Assembly (NCBI GenBank): GCA_963663475.2 | Contig: CAXXJV010000001.1 | Coordinates: forward strand, 2,496,001-2,560,000 | Source of the DNA: Candidatus Cloacimonadales bacterium | GTDB taxonomy: Bacteria; Cloacimonadota; Cloacimonadia; Cloacimonadales; JAFGVF01 | Reading direction: 5' to 3' | Length of the DNA stretch: 64,000 nucleotides | Shown: positions 38,877-48,762 of the stretch, one piece after another | How positions within the stretch are numbered: position 1 is the stretch's first letter | Layout of the letters: each line of letters opens with the position of its first letter | Notes under the pieces: model-generated | The model's input: only the letters and a program-made list of their open reading frames with translations | Told to the model about the DNA's origin: nothing | Databases searched by the model: none | Translations under genes and position numbers: made by a program

Positions 38877-40112
38877 TTAATGTTGTTTAGCTTCACCTGA
38901 TTTTATCAGTCCATACTTCACAAAGTTTGGAGCTATAAGCATAATTAAGAAAGTTGTAATTGTCATAACAGAAGTAATTAACTTTGCTTCTTGTTCATAT
39001 CCCGCAGACATCAAATACTTACTAGCAGCAATTGATAAACCAATAGCAACACCAGCTTGTGAAAGTAGAGTAAAGCCTAAGTATTTTCTTATTTTCAGAG
39101 GAGCCTTAGCTACTACAGCACCTAAATAAGCTCCATTATATTTTCCAAACATGGTTGAAGCAATATAGATTACTATTAATAACCAGAATTTTTGGATAAG
39201 CATGATGTCAAGTCTGGTTCCTATTAAAACAAAGAACCAAACATATATTGGAGGAGACCATTCTGTGAGTGCCATGTTTAGCTTTCTAGCGATTAATTTA
39301 CTTCTATTTACAACTACAATACCAGCAAACATATTTATCAAAATTGGTGATAAATTCATTTGTTCCGCAATAGCACACATTAATAAAATACTACCTAAGG
39401 CTAGATAAGTTAACATAAATTTCTCATGTACTTTTTTACCAAAATAGGCAAGTCCATAACCTATTGCTGAGCCAATACCTATAGAAAGAATAACTTCTAT
39501 TACTGAATGAATCAAGGCTTGTCCAATACTAAGTTCATTTGAGCCAAGTAGCATAATCGCGATTGGTAGGGTAATTGTAAAAATTAAAAGGGCAAATATA
39601 TCATCTAACCCAAGTACTGCATATAAGGTGGTAACTAGGTTCCCAGAGGCTCGATATTGTTTAATGACATCTACTGTACCAGCTGGAGCAGTAGCAGAAG
39701 CAAAAGAACCAAATAAGAGACCTAAAGGAATAGAAATCTTCCACCCCATACTGAAATGCAGTAAGAATGAAATAACTAAACTTACTACTATAAAGGTAAG
39801 AGTAGCTTCGAAGAGAGTTATCCAGAAGACTGTTTTGCCTACTTTCTTTAGTTCCTTATACTCAAGTTCAGTACCAATACCAAATCCAATTAAAGAGAGG
39901 GTGATAATATTTACTATCTCATAATCATCAACTCGGAATTGCCAAGGATTGCTAACTGGGATAGATAAATCTAATACTATTCCGACAATAGCCCCAGTAA
40001 TGATATAGCCTAAAAGTAAGGGAGCTTTGAGTAATGATACTCCCCGGCTAGTTAGTATTGAAAGTAGTAATGATACTGCTAGAAAGAAAAAGATTAATGC
40101 AATTTCAGACAT
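38877..40112 (-). CDS. Cation:proton antiporter (CPA2/Kef-like), copy A
   Basis: Paralog of 37321-38520 with the same motifs. Confidence 0.88.
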   Translation of the reverse strand: MSEIALIFFFLAVSLLLSILTSRGVSLLKAPLLLGYIITGAIVGIVLDLSIPVSNPWQFRVDDYEIVNIITLSLIGFGIGTELEYKELKKVGKTVFWITLFEATLTFIVVSLVISFLLHFSMGWKISIPLGLLFGSFASATAPAGTVDVIKQYRASGNLVTTLYAVLGLDDIFALLIFTITLPIAIMLLGSNELSIGQALIHSVIEVILSIGIGSAIGYGLAYFGKKVHEKFMLTYLALGSILLMCAIAEQMNLSPILINMFAGIVVVNRSKLIARKLNMALTEWSPPIYVWFFVLIGTRLDIMLIQKFWLLIVIYIASTMFGKYNGAYLGAVVAKAPLKIRKYLGFTLLSQAGVAIGLSIAASKYLMSAGYEQEAKLITSVMTITTFLIMLIAPNFVKYGLIKSGEAKQH

Positions 40113-40120
40113 GATATCAG

Positions 40121-40588
40121 CTATTTAGTAGAAGTAATAATGGAATAAATTTCGTATTTATCCTTAGCTTTTAAAAGCTCTTTTTGAACATGATTATCTT
40201 TTAATCTAAGAACTAATCTTGATAAAAGTCTGATATATTCCTTATCTTGCTTATCTGATGCACCAATCATAAAAATTAGTTTTACAGGTTTATCATCTAG
40301 AGATTCGTATTCGATACCATTTTTCAATCTACCAATTGCAATAACAAAATCATCGCATTCAGGTATTTTAGCATGAGGAATGGCAATACCAAGTCCAATA
40401 CCAGTACTCATTAAGGATTCTCTTTTGAAAATTGCTTTCTTAAATGCAGTTATGTTAGTAATGTTTTGTGAGCTTGAAATCAAATCAATCATCTCATTCA
40501 AGGCATCAGTTTTGTTGTCAGCCTGCAAGTCTTTAATTCTTGTTTCATCAATAAAATCACTTATTTGTAGTATTCTCATATCAACCAC
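40121..40588 (-). CDS. PTS EIIA (fructose/Ntr-type) domain protein
   Basis: 'RESLMSTGIGLGIAIPHA' phospho-His motif; 'YESLDDKPVKLIF'. Confidence 0.92.
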   Translation of the reverse strand: MVDMRILQISDFIDETRIKDLQADNKTDALNEMIDLISSSQNITNITAFKKAIFKRESLMSTGIGLGIAIPHAKIPECDDFVIAIGRLKNGIEYESLDDKPVKLIFMIGASDKQDKEYIRLLSRLVLRLKDNHVQKELLKAKDKYEIYSIITSTK

Positions 40589-40699
40589 CTTTTAAAAAAC
40601 TTGTGGCTATATAATTATTCTTGATAATTTTGTCAATAACTAAGATTTTTTTATTAATTTTCAGGAAATAATTAAGTTTGATTTCCTGATTATTCTCCC

Positions 40700-41053
40700 T
40701 TAAACATAATCGTAGAACAGGCTTTTGATAGCCCTGTATAATTTATTAATATCAAAATCATACATCATCAGGAGAATTGTGAAAATTACTAAAGCAACAA
40801 AAAGAATAACCCAGAGAAAATTAGCATAAAGCATATGAATGCTAGCCCAAAAATGAACTTTAGGTACAGAGACAGAATTACTATTATTCTTATCTATCTT
40901 ATCGTAAATTACCTGAGATTCCGTTCCCCACATAATCTCATTTTCAGGATCTTCATCATCGATATAAGGTATATACCCCATCTTGTTATACCTATCCAGT
41001 AAATTCTTAGGTATTGTTGCAATTTCATTATCAGTAAGCATTCTTTTAGCCAT
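40700..41053 (-). CDS. Hypothetical single-pass membrane protein
   Basis: AAGGAG RBS; one hydrophobic C-terminal segment; directly follows the XRE-S24 gene. Confidence 0.7.
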   Translation of the reverse strand: MAKRMLTDNEIATIPKNLLDRYNKMGYIPYIDDEDPENEIMWGTESQVIYDKIDKNNSNSVSVPKVHFWASIHMLYANFLWVILFVALVIFTILLMMYDFDINKLYRAIKSLFYDYV

Positions 41054-41064
41054 ATAAGCTCCTT

Positions 41065-41775
41065 CTATTCAAACTTCCTATAGAGAAATGTCATGACACC
41101 TATTAGAGCACAATCAGCGTGATCTTGAGGTTCAATGACAATAGTTTCAAAACCTTCGTTCAATGGTATTAATAATAACTGATGGGTATTCTTGTCAAGC
41201 TTCATTTTCTTTAATGTTACTTCCCCATCTAATCTTACAGCACAAATCTTACCATTACTTCTTTCCCAGTCATTTGATTTCTCAATAAGAATAACATCCC
41301 CATTCTTTATCACAGGCTCCATGGAAGAGCCATTAACTTTGAGACAGAGGTAGTTTTCAGCTTTGCCATGAATCTGGTCTCTAGAGAATTTAACATCTCC
41401 AAAGTCATCATGTTTTGATTCTATAGGCATACCAGCAGAAATTTCACCTGAGATGGGAATTGTAATCATTGAATCATCAAAGAATTTCATTTTAGCTTCA
41501 ATAACTTTATGAATATGATTATCAAGGACCTTTTCAAGTTGATCTATTTCTTTAACCTTAGAACCTTCAATAACCATATTACCTTTGCCAGTAATTAACC
41601 AGTGAAGATTTATTCCGTATAGGTTACAGAGCTTATTCATAGTATCAATAGAGGGTTTGATTTTACCTGATTCCATTTGAGATAGAGCAGAAGCTTTAAG
41701 ATTTAGTCTGTCTGCCAGCTCAATTTGCTTGATATTACGAGTTTTTCTGATTTCTTTAATTCTTGAACCTATCAT
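41065..41775 (-). CDS. XRE-HTH + S24 peptidase (LexA/cI-like) transcriptional regulator, intact
   Basis: HTH 'IKQIELADRLNLKASALSQMESG', 'INLHWLITGKG', 'ISAG', 'GSSMEP', 'TLKK'. Confidence 0.9.
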   Translation of the reverse strand: MIGSRIKEIRKTRNIKQIELADRLNLKASALSQMESGKIKPSIDTMNKLCNLYGINLHWLITGKGNMVIEGSKVKEIDQLEKVLDNHIHKVIEAKMKFFDDSMITIPISGEISAGMPIESKHDDFGDVKFSRDQIHGKAENYLCLKVNGSSMEPVIKNGDVILIEKSNDWERSNGKICAVRLDGEVTLKKMKLDKNTHQLLLIPLNEGFETIVIEPQDHADCALIGVMTFLYRKFE

Positions 41776-41952
41776 TTAGTAGTCTCCTCTTTATTAATAA
41801 GACTAGATTAAGTAATGGTTAATAATTTGTCAAGGTTTAATTTTCACTTATAACTATAAGCAGTCTTATTGCCTTAGGATAGAAGATGAGGGAGCAGAAA
41901 AGATAAATAGTTTAAATAAATCTATTAGCGATCTTTTTTTGCAAAAAGAATC

Positions 41953-41989
41953 AAAAAATCAGAGAAGTTGACTTTGTCAACCCTCTGAT
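41953..41989 (-). terminator. Intrinsic terminator
   Basis: ATCAGAG..GTTGAC-TTT-GTCAAC..CTCTGAT hairpin with A-run on +. Confidence 0.65.
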
Positions 41990-42001
41990 ATTTGGTTAAA
42001 T

Positions 42002-42883
42002 TTATAATTTAGATCTTTTTATCAAGTATTTGAGCAAGTTATCTTCAAGAGCTGTCTGACTAGTAAAAGAGACATACTCAATCTTTGAGTGTAAGCATTG
42101 TTCTTTTATGTAGTTAAAGAAGTCAGAATAGGCAGCTTGATACTTATCTTTAATCTGCCAGGGAAAAACTCTGATTTCAGACTTAGATTCAGAATCTACA
42201 AAGATAGTTTCTTTGGAATAGTTAAAATCTTCTTCTTGTTGATCAACAATATGAAAGACGATAACATCATGTTTTAAATATCTAAAATGTTTAAGGCCTT
42301 TAACAAGGTCTTCAGCAGAATCTAAAAGGTCTGAAATGATAATTATTAGTGATCTCTTTTTTATTTTCTCAGCAATCTGATGTAAGATTTTGATGCTGTT
42401 AGTCTTGCTATCGCTTTCAAGTTCAAAGAGTTTCTTATAAATACCAGCAATGAATGCTTGATTAGTTTTTGGAGGTTGCCAGTAAGAGATTTCATCATTG
42501 TAGGTTACTAGCCCTACGGCATCGTTTTGCTTATTAATGAGGTAGGTCAAAGCAGCAGCTAAGTGCTTTGCATATTCTAGTTTTTCTACTTTGTGAGAAG
42601 TGAAGCTCATAGATTTACTATGATCAAGCAATATATAAGCATTCACATTAGTCTCATCTTCAAATCTTCTTACATAATACCTATCAGTTTTGGCATATTG
42701 CTTCCAATCAATATCCTTGATTTGATCACCAGGAATATATTGTCTATAATCTGCAAACTCTACACTATAACCATGATAGGGAGACTTATGCAGTCCTACC
42801 ATAAAGCCTTCAACAATCTCTTGTACATTGAGATGAAAGGCATCAAGTGTATTTACAACTTTTTCAGTTATAAGTTTATTCAT
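42002..42883 (-). CDS. DUF58 (MoxR-associated vWA-like) protein
   Basis: 'GLHKSPYHGYSVEFADYRQYIPGDQIKDIDWK', 'LLDHSKSM', 'IISDL'. Confidence 0.9.
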   Translation of the reverse strand: MNKLITEKVVNTLDAFHLNVQEIVEGFMVGLHKSPYHGYSVEFADYRQYIPGDQIKDIDWKQYAKTDRYYVRRFEDETNVNAYILLDHSKSMSFTSHKVEKLEYAKHLAAALTYLINKQNDAVGLVTYNDEISYWQPPKTNQAFIAGIYKKLFELESDSKTNSIKILHQIAEKIKKRSLIIIISDLLDSAEDLVKGLKHFRYLKHDVIVFHIVDQQEEDFNYSKETIFVDSESKSEIRVFPWQIKDKYQAAYSDFFNYIKEQCLHSKIEYVSFTSQTALEDNLLKYLIKRSKL

Positions 42884-43089
42884 TAATCCTTTTTCTTATA
42901 AAATAGGGCTAAGGGAACTAAAATAAGGTAGCCGATAGATAAGATTATAGGAGATAAAGTTTTATCGCCTAAATCATCACCAGCATATTTCATAATAATA
43001 TAGCCTGCGATTATGACAATTATTGCTATAGTTAACAAGATATAGTTAGTCTTGTTTAGGTTTAATTTGTTTATATTCTTTTTTTTCAT
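42883..43089 (-). CDS. Small two-TM protein (DUF3098-like)
   Basis: 'KTNYILLTIAIIVIIAGYIIM...TLSPIILSIGY'. Confidence 0.7.
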   Translation of the reverse strand: MKKKNINKLNLNKTNYILLTIAIIVIIAGYIIMKYAGDDLGDKTLSPIILSIGYLILVPLALFYKKKD

Positions 43090-43097
43090 ATTACCTC

Positions 43098-43865
43098 TTA
43101 AAATCTAGTTGTATAAATAATTTGGAATGCTCTATCAAAAGTTATCTTTTCTCCACCATGGAAATTAGGAGCATTTTCAAGTAGATCGTATATAGTGAAT
43201 TTAAACTGTAAGTCTGGGATAATAAACCAGCCCGCAGATAGATTAAGATAGCCTTTTCCATCTCCATAATGTTCAAAATCATTTGTTGATTTTTCATTAT
43301 CATTAAAGGCAAAATTGTATTCTAAAAGGAAGTTTAGATCCTGGCCTATACTTTGTCCTAGAGTAAGAAAGCTATTTATATCCTTATCACCATCATCATT
43401 TTCTGTTGATTTATTGATGCCAAAGATTATTTTAGATCCCTTAAGAATGAGGTCATTTTTACCAATTGCTGCATAAAAGCCAGGAGATTTATGTTCATAG
43501 CGATTTTGACCTTCAACCCATTTACCGTGTCCCTCAGAATCGAATCCAACACTTAAAGCTGGAATATTTACAGTTTCTTTTAAGAGTTGAAACTTTGCCT
43601 TGAAGTCTATATGATCATACCAATCTGGTTCATTATTACCAACGAAGTTTTCTGCTCCGTAAGAGAAGCCTATTGATAATCTATCAAAAAGTCCAATATT
43701 AGAAGCTAATCTCATTGAACTATCGCCATAGAATTTGCTAGCAAAACTGTACTCTCCCCTATTTAAAACATTTGGACTAGGTGTAGTAATTGAGTTAAAT
43801 TCATCAACACCTAGCAAGATACATGTTATAGAGATTAATAAAACTATCAAGAATATTTTTTTCAT
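43098..43865 (-). CDS. Secreted/outer-membrane beta-barrel protein (YjbH-domain-like)
   Basis: Signal peptide, 'ITTPSPNVL', 'PALSVGF', C-terminal Phe. Confidence 0.55.
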   Translation of the reverse strand: MKKIFLIVLLISITCILLGVDEFNSITTPSPNVLNRGEYSFASKFYGDSSMRLASNIGLFDRLSIGFSYGAENFVGNNEPDWYDHIDFKAKFQLLKETVNIPALSVGFDSEGHGKWVEGQNRYEHKSPGFYAAIGKNDLILKGSKIIFGINKSTENDDGDKDINSFLTLGQSIGQDLNFLLEYNFAFNDNEKSTNDFEHYGDGKGYLNLSAGWFIIPDLQFKFTIYDLLENAPNFHGGEKITFDRAFQIIYTTRF

Positions 43866-44935
43866 TTAGACTCCTTTATTTTAAATGATTTTGCGATACC
43901 TTCAAGTTCTGTTATAAAGGGAACTTTAGTTCCTGCAGGGTAATAGACTGCGGTATCAATGAAGTAAGCAGAGCTTGTACTTTCATCATAAAAAGTATAA
44001 CTTTTGAAAGTCCCCCCCATATTTGTATTATCATTTTCCCAAGCACCTTCTAGAATAAAACCATTATAGCTTACTTTATCCCAAGTTGTGAAGGTTTTTG
44101 GTAAAATTCTTGTCCTCATCCAATCAATTCTATCTCCATCGAGAATATCTTTCCCGATTTTACTGCGACTAGCCTTTACCCATTCTTGATTAAAATCATC
44201 CATCTCAATTTTTTCACTAAAGACAGTGATAAATTTATCAGGTAGGATAGTATTTTTCTTCTTATATCTATAGATAAATGAGATTAAATTATCCTCTTTA
44301 TCTTCTTTATAGACTTGGAAGGTTGAAGGTAATGTTATGCTAAAGTTATAATTACTAAACTGATAATCTAAACTTCCCCTATAGTAAACTCTCCTAGTCA
44401 TTCTGGCTAAAAATCTTTGTTCATAATCAAGATAAAGGTTAGCAATTCGAGAAAGAATAATTCTATCTAATCCTTGACTATCAGAGGCTAAGATAAAAGT
44501 TACTAATTGATCATCAGACCATTCATTTTGGTAGGTAAGAATAGTTGGACTTCCAGCCATGACTTGGTCAAGTTTAGCTTGGGGGACTTTACTTTCAATA
44601 AAAGCTGTGAAATTACTAGGAATTGAAAGATTACAGATAAAAATAATATTTTTTGCTTTTTCTAGTTCTTCGAAGTCTTCAAAATTCTTCCAGATTAAGA
44701 AGAAGGTTCTCTCTTTTTGAGCTCCTTCAAAAGGGTAACCAAATTGGTCTTTCATTATTTTTGCAGTATTTTCTTGTAAAGTTTCATTAGTGAAAAGATA
44801 TACATCTTGATGGTTACCATAAGATACAGGCTTGCTGTTATCTGTAAAATTACTAACTGGCATATAGTCTTGGTCTGATTTATGACAAGACAATAATACA
44901 GGGATAATTAGTAGGATAAAGAGTAAGTTTTTCAT
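43862..44935 (-). CDS. Lipoprotein (DUF4837-like)
   Basis: Lipobox 'LLSC'; 'GAWEN...MGGTFKSY...YYPAGTK...ELEGIAKSF'. Confidence 0.7.
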   Translation of the reverse strand: MKNLLFILLIIPVLLSCHKSDQDYMPVSNFTDNSKPVSYGNHQDVYLFTNETLQENTAKIMKDQFGYPFEGAQKERTFFLIWKNFEDFEELEKAKNIIFICNLSIPSNFTAFIESKVPQAKLDQVMAGSPTILTYQNEWSDDQLVTFILASDSQGLDRIILSRIANLYLDYEQRFLARMTRRVYYRGSLDYQFSNYNFSITLPSTFQVYKEDKEDNLISFIYRYKKKNTILPDKFITVFSEKIEMDDFNQEWVKASRSKIGKDILDGDRIDWMRTRILPKTFTTWDKVSYNGFILEGAWENDNTNMGGTFKSYTFYDESTSSAYFIDTAVYYPAGTKVPFITELEGIAKSFKIKESK

Positions 44936-45471
44936 TAAAACAACTCCTTAATATTCTTAAGGTATGAAGAACCTGACAGTATAGTAACTAGAGCTACAAG
45001 CCAAAAGTAGATATTCAAGTATAAGGAGTAATCAGAAAGATTAATACTCAAACCTAGCAAGAAGAGAGAAAGTGTTAATCCCACCATTTGAGTAACTGTT
45101 TTTATCTTTCCCCAGTAGTTAGCAGCTAGGTAGATTTTCTTTTTCTTATAGATATCCCTTAGAAGGGTGATTAAGATTTCTCGACCAGTAATTATGATGA
45201 ATATCCACATAGATAGGTAGCCATGCTTACCGAAGGTTAAGAGAGCAAGAGCTGAAAGCACTAATAGTTTATCAGCCAAAGGATCCATGATTTTACCAAA
45301 GTTAGAAATAACTTCATATTTTCTAGCCAAATAGCCATCAAAATAATCGGTAATTGAAGCTATCATGAAAAGGGAAAAGGCAGTCATTAAGTGATTCTGC
45401 ACAAAATAGTAAATAAAGAAGGGAATCATCACAACCCTTAGCATAGTTAGTATATTCGGTATATGTTTCAT
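44935..45471 (-). CDS. pgsA: CDP-diacylglycerol--glycerol-3-phosphate 3-phosphatidyltransferase
   Basis: 'IPNILTMLR', 'TDYFDGYLAR...FGKIMDPLADK', 'GKIKTVTQM'. Confidence 0.95.
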   Translation of the reverse strand: MKHIPNILTMLRVVMIPFFIYYFVQNHLMTAFSLFMIASITDYFDGYLARKYEVISNFGKIMDPLADKLLVLSALALLTFGKHGYLSMWIFIIITGREILITLLRDIYKKKKIYLAANYWGKIKTVTQMVGLTLSLFLLGLSINLSDYSLYLNIYFWLVALVTILSGSSYLKNIKELF

Positions 45472-45472
45472 T

Positions 45473-46429
45473 TTATAGACTAGTCCTCTCTTTTTTAAGA
45501 ATAAATATTGCTAGGTTAGTAGCTATTAAAATAATAATAAAAAACACGTTTCTAGTGTCAATATTAATATTTAATATCTCTTGAAAATCAATAATAAAAG
45601 TTGTAAGTAAGCAAACAAGACTCAACATTAAAGTTAGAGATTTTTTCCACCAAAGATTTCTAAAGTATTGCTTTGGAGAAATATGTCCTTTGAGTAAGAA
45701 GTTAATCTTCTCCTGATTAATCATTTTGAGATAGAAATCAAAAACTTGGATAAAAATAGTAGCCAATAGGAGGGTAATAATTAAGATAATAGCTTGTAGA
45801 TAATTTTGATAAGTAGACTCTTTTATGTATTTGTCTCTTTGATTAATAATATTGGAATAATCTTGCATAATTTCAGAGAACTTAGCTTTATCATAATAAT
45901 AGTGTTTAATATTGGATTTTACTGAAGGCACTACATTACTATTAAGGTAGGAGTAACCATTTTCTTGGAGATAGTCTTCAATAGCGATAATTTGATCCAT
46001 AGCTTGCAGGTCAGCTAGGAAGGAAATAAGAAGCTCGTTAGGAAGATAAAGTTTCATTTTATTGAGAAGTGACTTATTAGATTTATTCAGGTTGGAAGAG
46101 TTCATAAAATCTTTTAATTTACTATCAAAGAGGAGGGTATCGATAAATGATGCCTGAGGCTGAATAGTAATACTCTGGAAGTCCTCTTCTGTGAATTTCG
46201 CCATTATATCATTACGAACTTGCTTTAGTTCATTACTTCTAGTACTGTAGATAGAGAATTTTAAATCAGATAAATCATTTATTATCTTATTTTCAGCTTG
46301 AGCAAGTATAGACTGTGCTTGCTTACCTGTAGCTTTACTGATAACCTGTAAATAGTTTTGATATCCCCAAGAAATAGTCATGATTAATATCAAAATAAGA
46401 ATATTTAGGCTTATAAATCTCTTTTTCAT
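45473..46429 (-). CDS. Hypothetical membrane protein (1+3 TM with large extracytoplasmic loop; FtsX/MacB-like topology)
   Basis: N-terminal TM, ~180-aa loop, three C-terminal TMs; overlaps the ABC-like gene. Confidence 0.5.
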   Translation of the reverse strand: MKKRFISLNILILILIMTISWGYQNYLQVISKATGKQAQSILAQAENKIINDLSDLKFSIYSTRSNELKQVRNDIMAKFTEEDFQSITIQPQASFIDTLLFDSKLKDFMNSSNLNKSNKSLLNKMKLYLPNELLISFLADLQAMDQIIAIEDYLQENGYSYLNSNVVPSVKSNIKHYYYDKAKFSEIMQDYSNIINQRDKYIKESTYQNYLQAIILIITLLLATIFIQVFDFYLKMINQEKINFLLKGHISPKQYFRNLWWKKSLTLMLSLVCLLTTFIIDFQEILNINIDTRNVFFIIILIATNLAIFILKKERTSL

Positions 46430-47019
46430 AACTTCACTACCCCATCTTCATCAATTACAAAAGTAAAATCCATTTCAGGTATCTTCAAACTTGAAGTCAA
46501 TAAAATACATCCTCCCTCTGATTTATACTTACTCAGAATTTTACCAACTAGAGACAATTCTTTTAGATTAAAACACTTGTCAAAATCATCAATAATTAAT
46601 AAACATGGGTTCATACCACAGGCTATTGCTAGCTCTAGGAACTTCTTTTTACTGTAAGTTAGTTCCTGAACCAGCCTTTCAAGATCATTTTCTAAGTCTG
46701 CAATAATAACATATTCACTGATGCTATCAAATCTGTACTTAGAAGCAAATCTTAAATTATCATTCACACTCTTATCTGCTAGCAGATTTACTTCCCTTGA
46801 TAATAAATAGGAATCTATTCTATGTTTATTAATATTCTGAAAATCTATAATCCCTCTATAACTAGAATATAAACCGTGAACAGTTCTAACAAATAGTGAT
46901 TTTCCAGTTCCTTCCTGACCCACAAGAGCATTTATAGTAGATTCAGGAAGCATCATTTCAGGGACTCTTATGACAATTCTTTTATTTCTAATAACTTCTA
47001 AATCATTTATCTGTAGCAT
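46426..47019 (-). CDS. ABC-type ATPase-like protein, degenerate
   Basis: Walker A 'GQEGTGKS'; signature 'LTYSKK'; Walker B 'LLIIDD'; H-loop 'LTSS'. Confidence 0.7.
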   Translation of the reverse strand: MLQINDLEVIRNKRIVIRVPEMMLPESTINALVGQEGTGKSLFVRTVHGLYSSYRGIIDFQNINKHRIDSYLLSREVNLLADKSVNDNLRFASKYRFDSISEYVIIADLENDLERLVQELTYSKKKFLELAIACGMNPCLLIIDDFDKCFNLKELSLVGKILSKYKSEGGCILLTSSLKIPEMDFTFVIDEDGVVKL

Positions 47020-47644
47020 GTTTTAATCCAATTATTATTATCTTGTTTTCATTTATCTTTTCAATCATTTCTAATCTATTTTTAACTATTTGAGCTAGTA
47101 AGTCATCTTCCCTATTCTTAGCATAAAGCAAATAAGCTTGTCCTGCTTCTGCCAGATTCCTTTTAACACAAGTAAAAACATCTGACATCCTACAAGCAAG
47201 TTCAAATTTAGCAAGATTCCTTCTATGACTAGGACTCAGTCTCCCCTGACCTAATTTCAAATAAGGAGGATTAGCTAAGATTAAATCATACTTACCATTT
47301 GCCTGATAATCCTTTATATCACCTGTAATTACCTTAATATCTAAACCTAAGCTCTGACAATTATATTGAGCTATTTGGGCTTGTTCATGGTCTATCTCAA
47401 GTCCAGAAATCTCCCAGTTAGGAAAACTTTTCTTTAGCATTATAGCATTAATCCCTGTTCCCAGACCTAGCTCTAAGACCTTCTTTACTTCCTTAGAGGA
47501 CTGACTAAATCTTTGAACTAAGAAATAATTGAAGAGCTCATTATCTGTTGAAACTCTTTGGCCATCTTTATGCTGATAGATTTTAGATCCATCAGGTAAA
47601 GTAACTAATGTACACGCTTGTTTCAACGAGGAGTCAAGAATCAT
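47003..47644 (-). CDS. SAM-dependent methyltransferase, tRNA1(Val) A37 N6-methylase-like
   Basis: 'VLELGLGTG', 'ILANPPY', 'RNLAKFE'. Confidence 0.8.
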   Translation of the reverse strand: MILDSSLKQACTLVTLPDGSKIYQHKDGQRVSTDNELFNYFLVQRFSQSSKEVKKVLELGLGTGINAIMLKKSFPNWEISGLEIDHEQAQIAQYNCQSLGLDIKVITGDIKDYQANGKYDLILANPPYLKLGQGRLSPSHRRNLAKFELACRMSDVFTCVKRNLAEAGQAYLLYAKNREDDLLAQIVKNRLEMIEKINENKIIIIGLKHATDK

Positions 47645-47647
47645 TAC

Positions 47648-48556
47648 TTAAGATAATTTTAGCATTGCATCAATACTTTTCTTAGCAGCTATCCTCAGAT
47701 CTTTAGGTAAATCTATTTCAAATTCTTCATTTTGCAAACTGGCTAAGACATCCTCTAAGTGAATCTTTTTCATATTTACACAAACTGCTTTGTTAGCTAG
47801 AGCTATTATACTCTTTCCAGGATTATCCCTTTTAATCTGCTCATATAAGCCTACTTCAGTTCCGATAATTAAATTATCATGATCTTTAGCATAATCAGCC
47901 ATTCCCTTTGTTGAAGCTACAAGATCAGCATACTTTATGATCTCAGTAGGACATTCAGGATGAACCAATAACTTATGTTTAGGATATTCTTTTTTTACAT
48001 CAATTACATCTTGCTTAGACATTTTGATATGATGAACTGGACAGTAACCATCCCAGACAATTATATGTCGGCCTGTTTGATGGGCAGCATAAGTACCCAA
48101 ATTTTGGTCTGGAACAAAAAGAATCTTTTGATCTTTAGGGAAAGTTTCGATTATTTTAACTGCATTAGAAGATGTACAACAGATATCACTTTCAGCCTTA
48201 ACCTCTGCAGTAGAATTTACATAGCACATAACTATCGCATTTGGATGGTTGTTTTTGAACTGAATTAACTGGTCCCTAGTAATCATTTCTGCCATAGGGC
48301 AGCCAGCATCTTGTACAGGCAGTAAAACCTTGGTCTTAGGTGAAAGAATTTTAGCTGTTTCAGCCATGAATCTTACCCCACAAAAAAGGATTATATCCGC
48401 CTTAACCTTACTTGCTTCAATTGATAATTGTAGAGAATCTCCAACAAAATCTGCAATATCTTGTACGTCTAATGTTACATAATTATGAGCTAAAATTACA
48501 ACATTTTTCTCTTTCTTTAATCTATTTATTTCCTGAATTATGTCTTTGGTCTCCAT
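47648..48556 (-). CDS. nadA: Quinolinate synthase
   Basis: 'ILAHNY', 'FCGVRFMAETAKIL', 'GCPMA', 'YVNSTAEVKA', 'GYCPVH', 'HPEC'. Confidence 0.97.
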   Translation of the reverse strand: METKDIIQEINRLKKEKNVVILAHNYVTLDVQDIADFVGDSLQLSIEASKVKADIILFCGVRFMAETAKILSPKTKVLLPVQDAGCPMAEMITRDQLIQFKNNHPNAIVMCYVNSTAEVKAESDICCTSSNAVKIIETFPKDQKILFVPDQNLGTYAAHQTGRHIIVWDGYCPVHHIKMSKQDVIDVKKEYPKHKLLVHPECPTEIIKYADLVASTKGMADYAKDHDNLIIGTEVGLYEQIKRDNPGKSIIALANKAVCVNMKKIHLEDVLASLQNEEFEIDLPKDLRIAAKKSIDAMLKLS

Positions 48557-48762
48557 CTTTTCCTCTATATTATTTATTTTTTTTATTTTCCTATCTGAAT
48601 TAGTTTTTGCTAGTCTTTTTCATGACTAGCAAGTTAAGCTCTAGCAAACTTTTAATCTTTATCCATGCTCGCAGGGAGTAATTTCTAAAAATTGCTAGTA
48701 TGTTGAGAACTTCTAAGTAAAGGAAAAACTATTTAGCTTTTCTTTTCAAATCCTTTGAGTTT

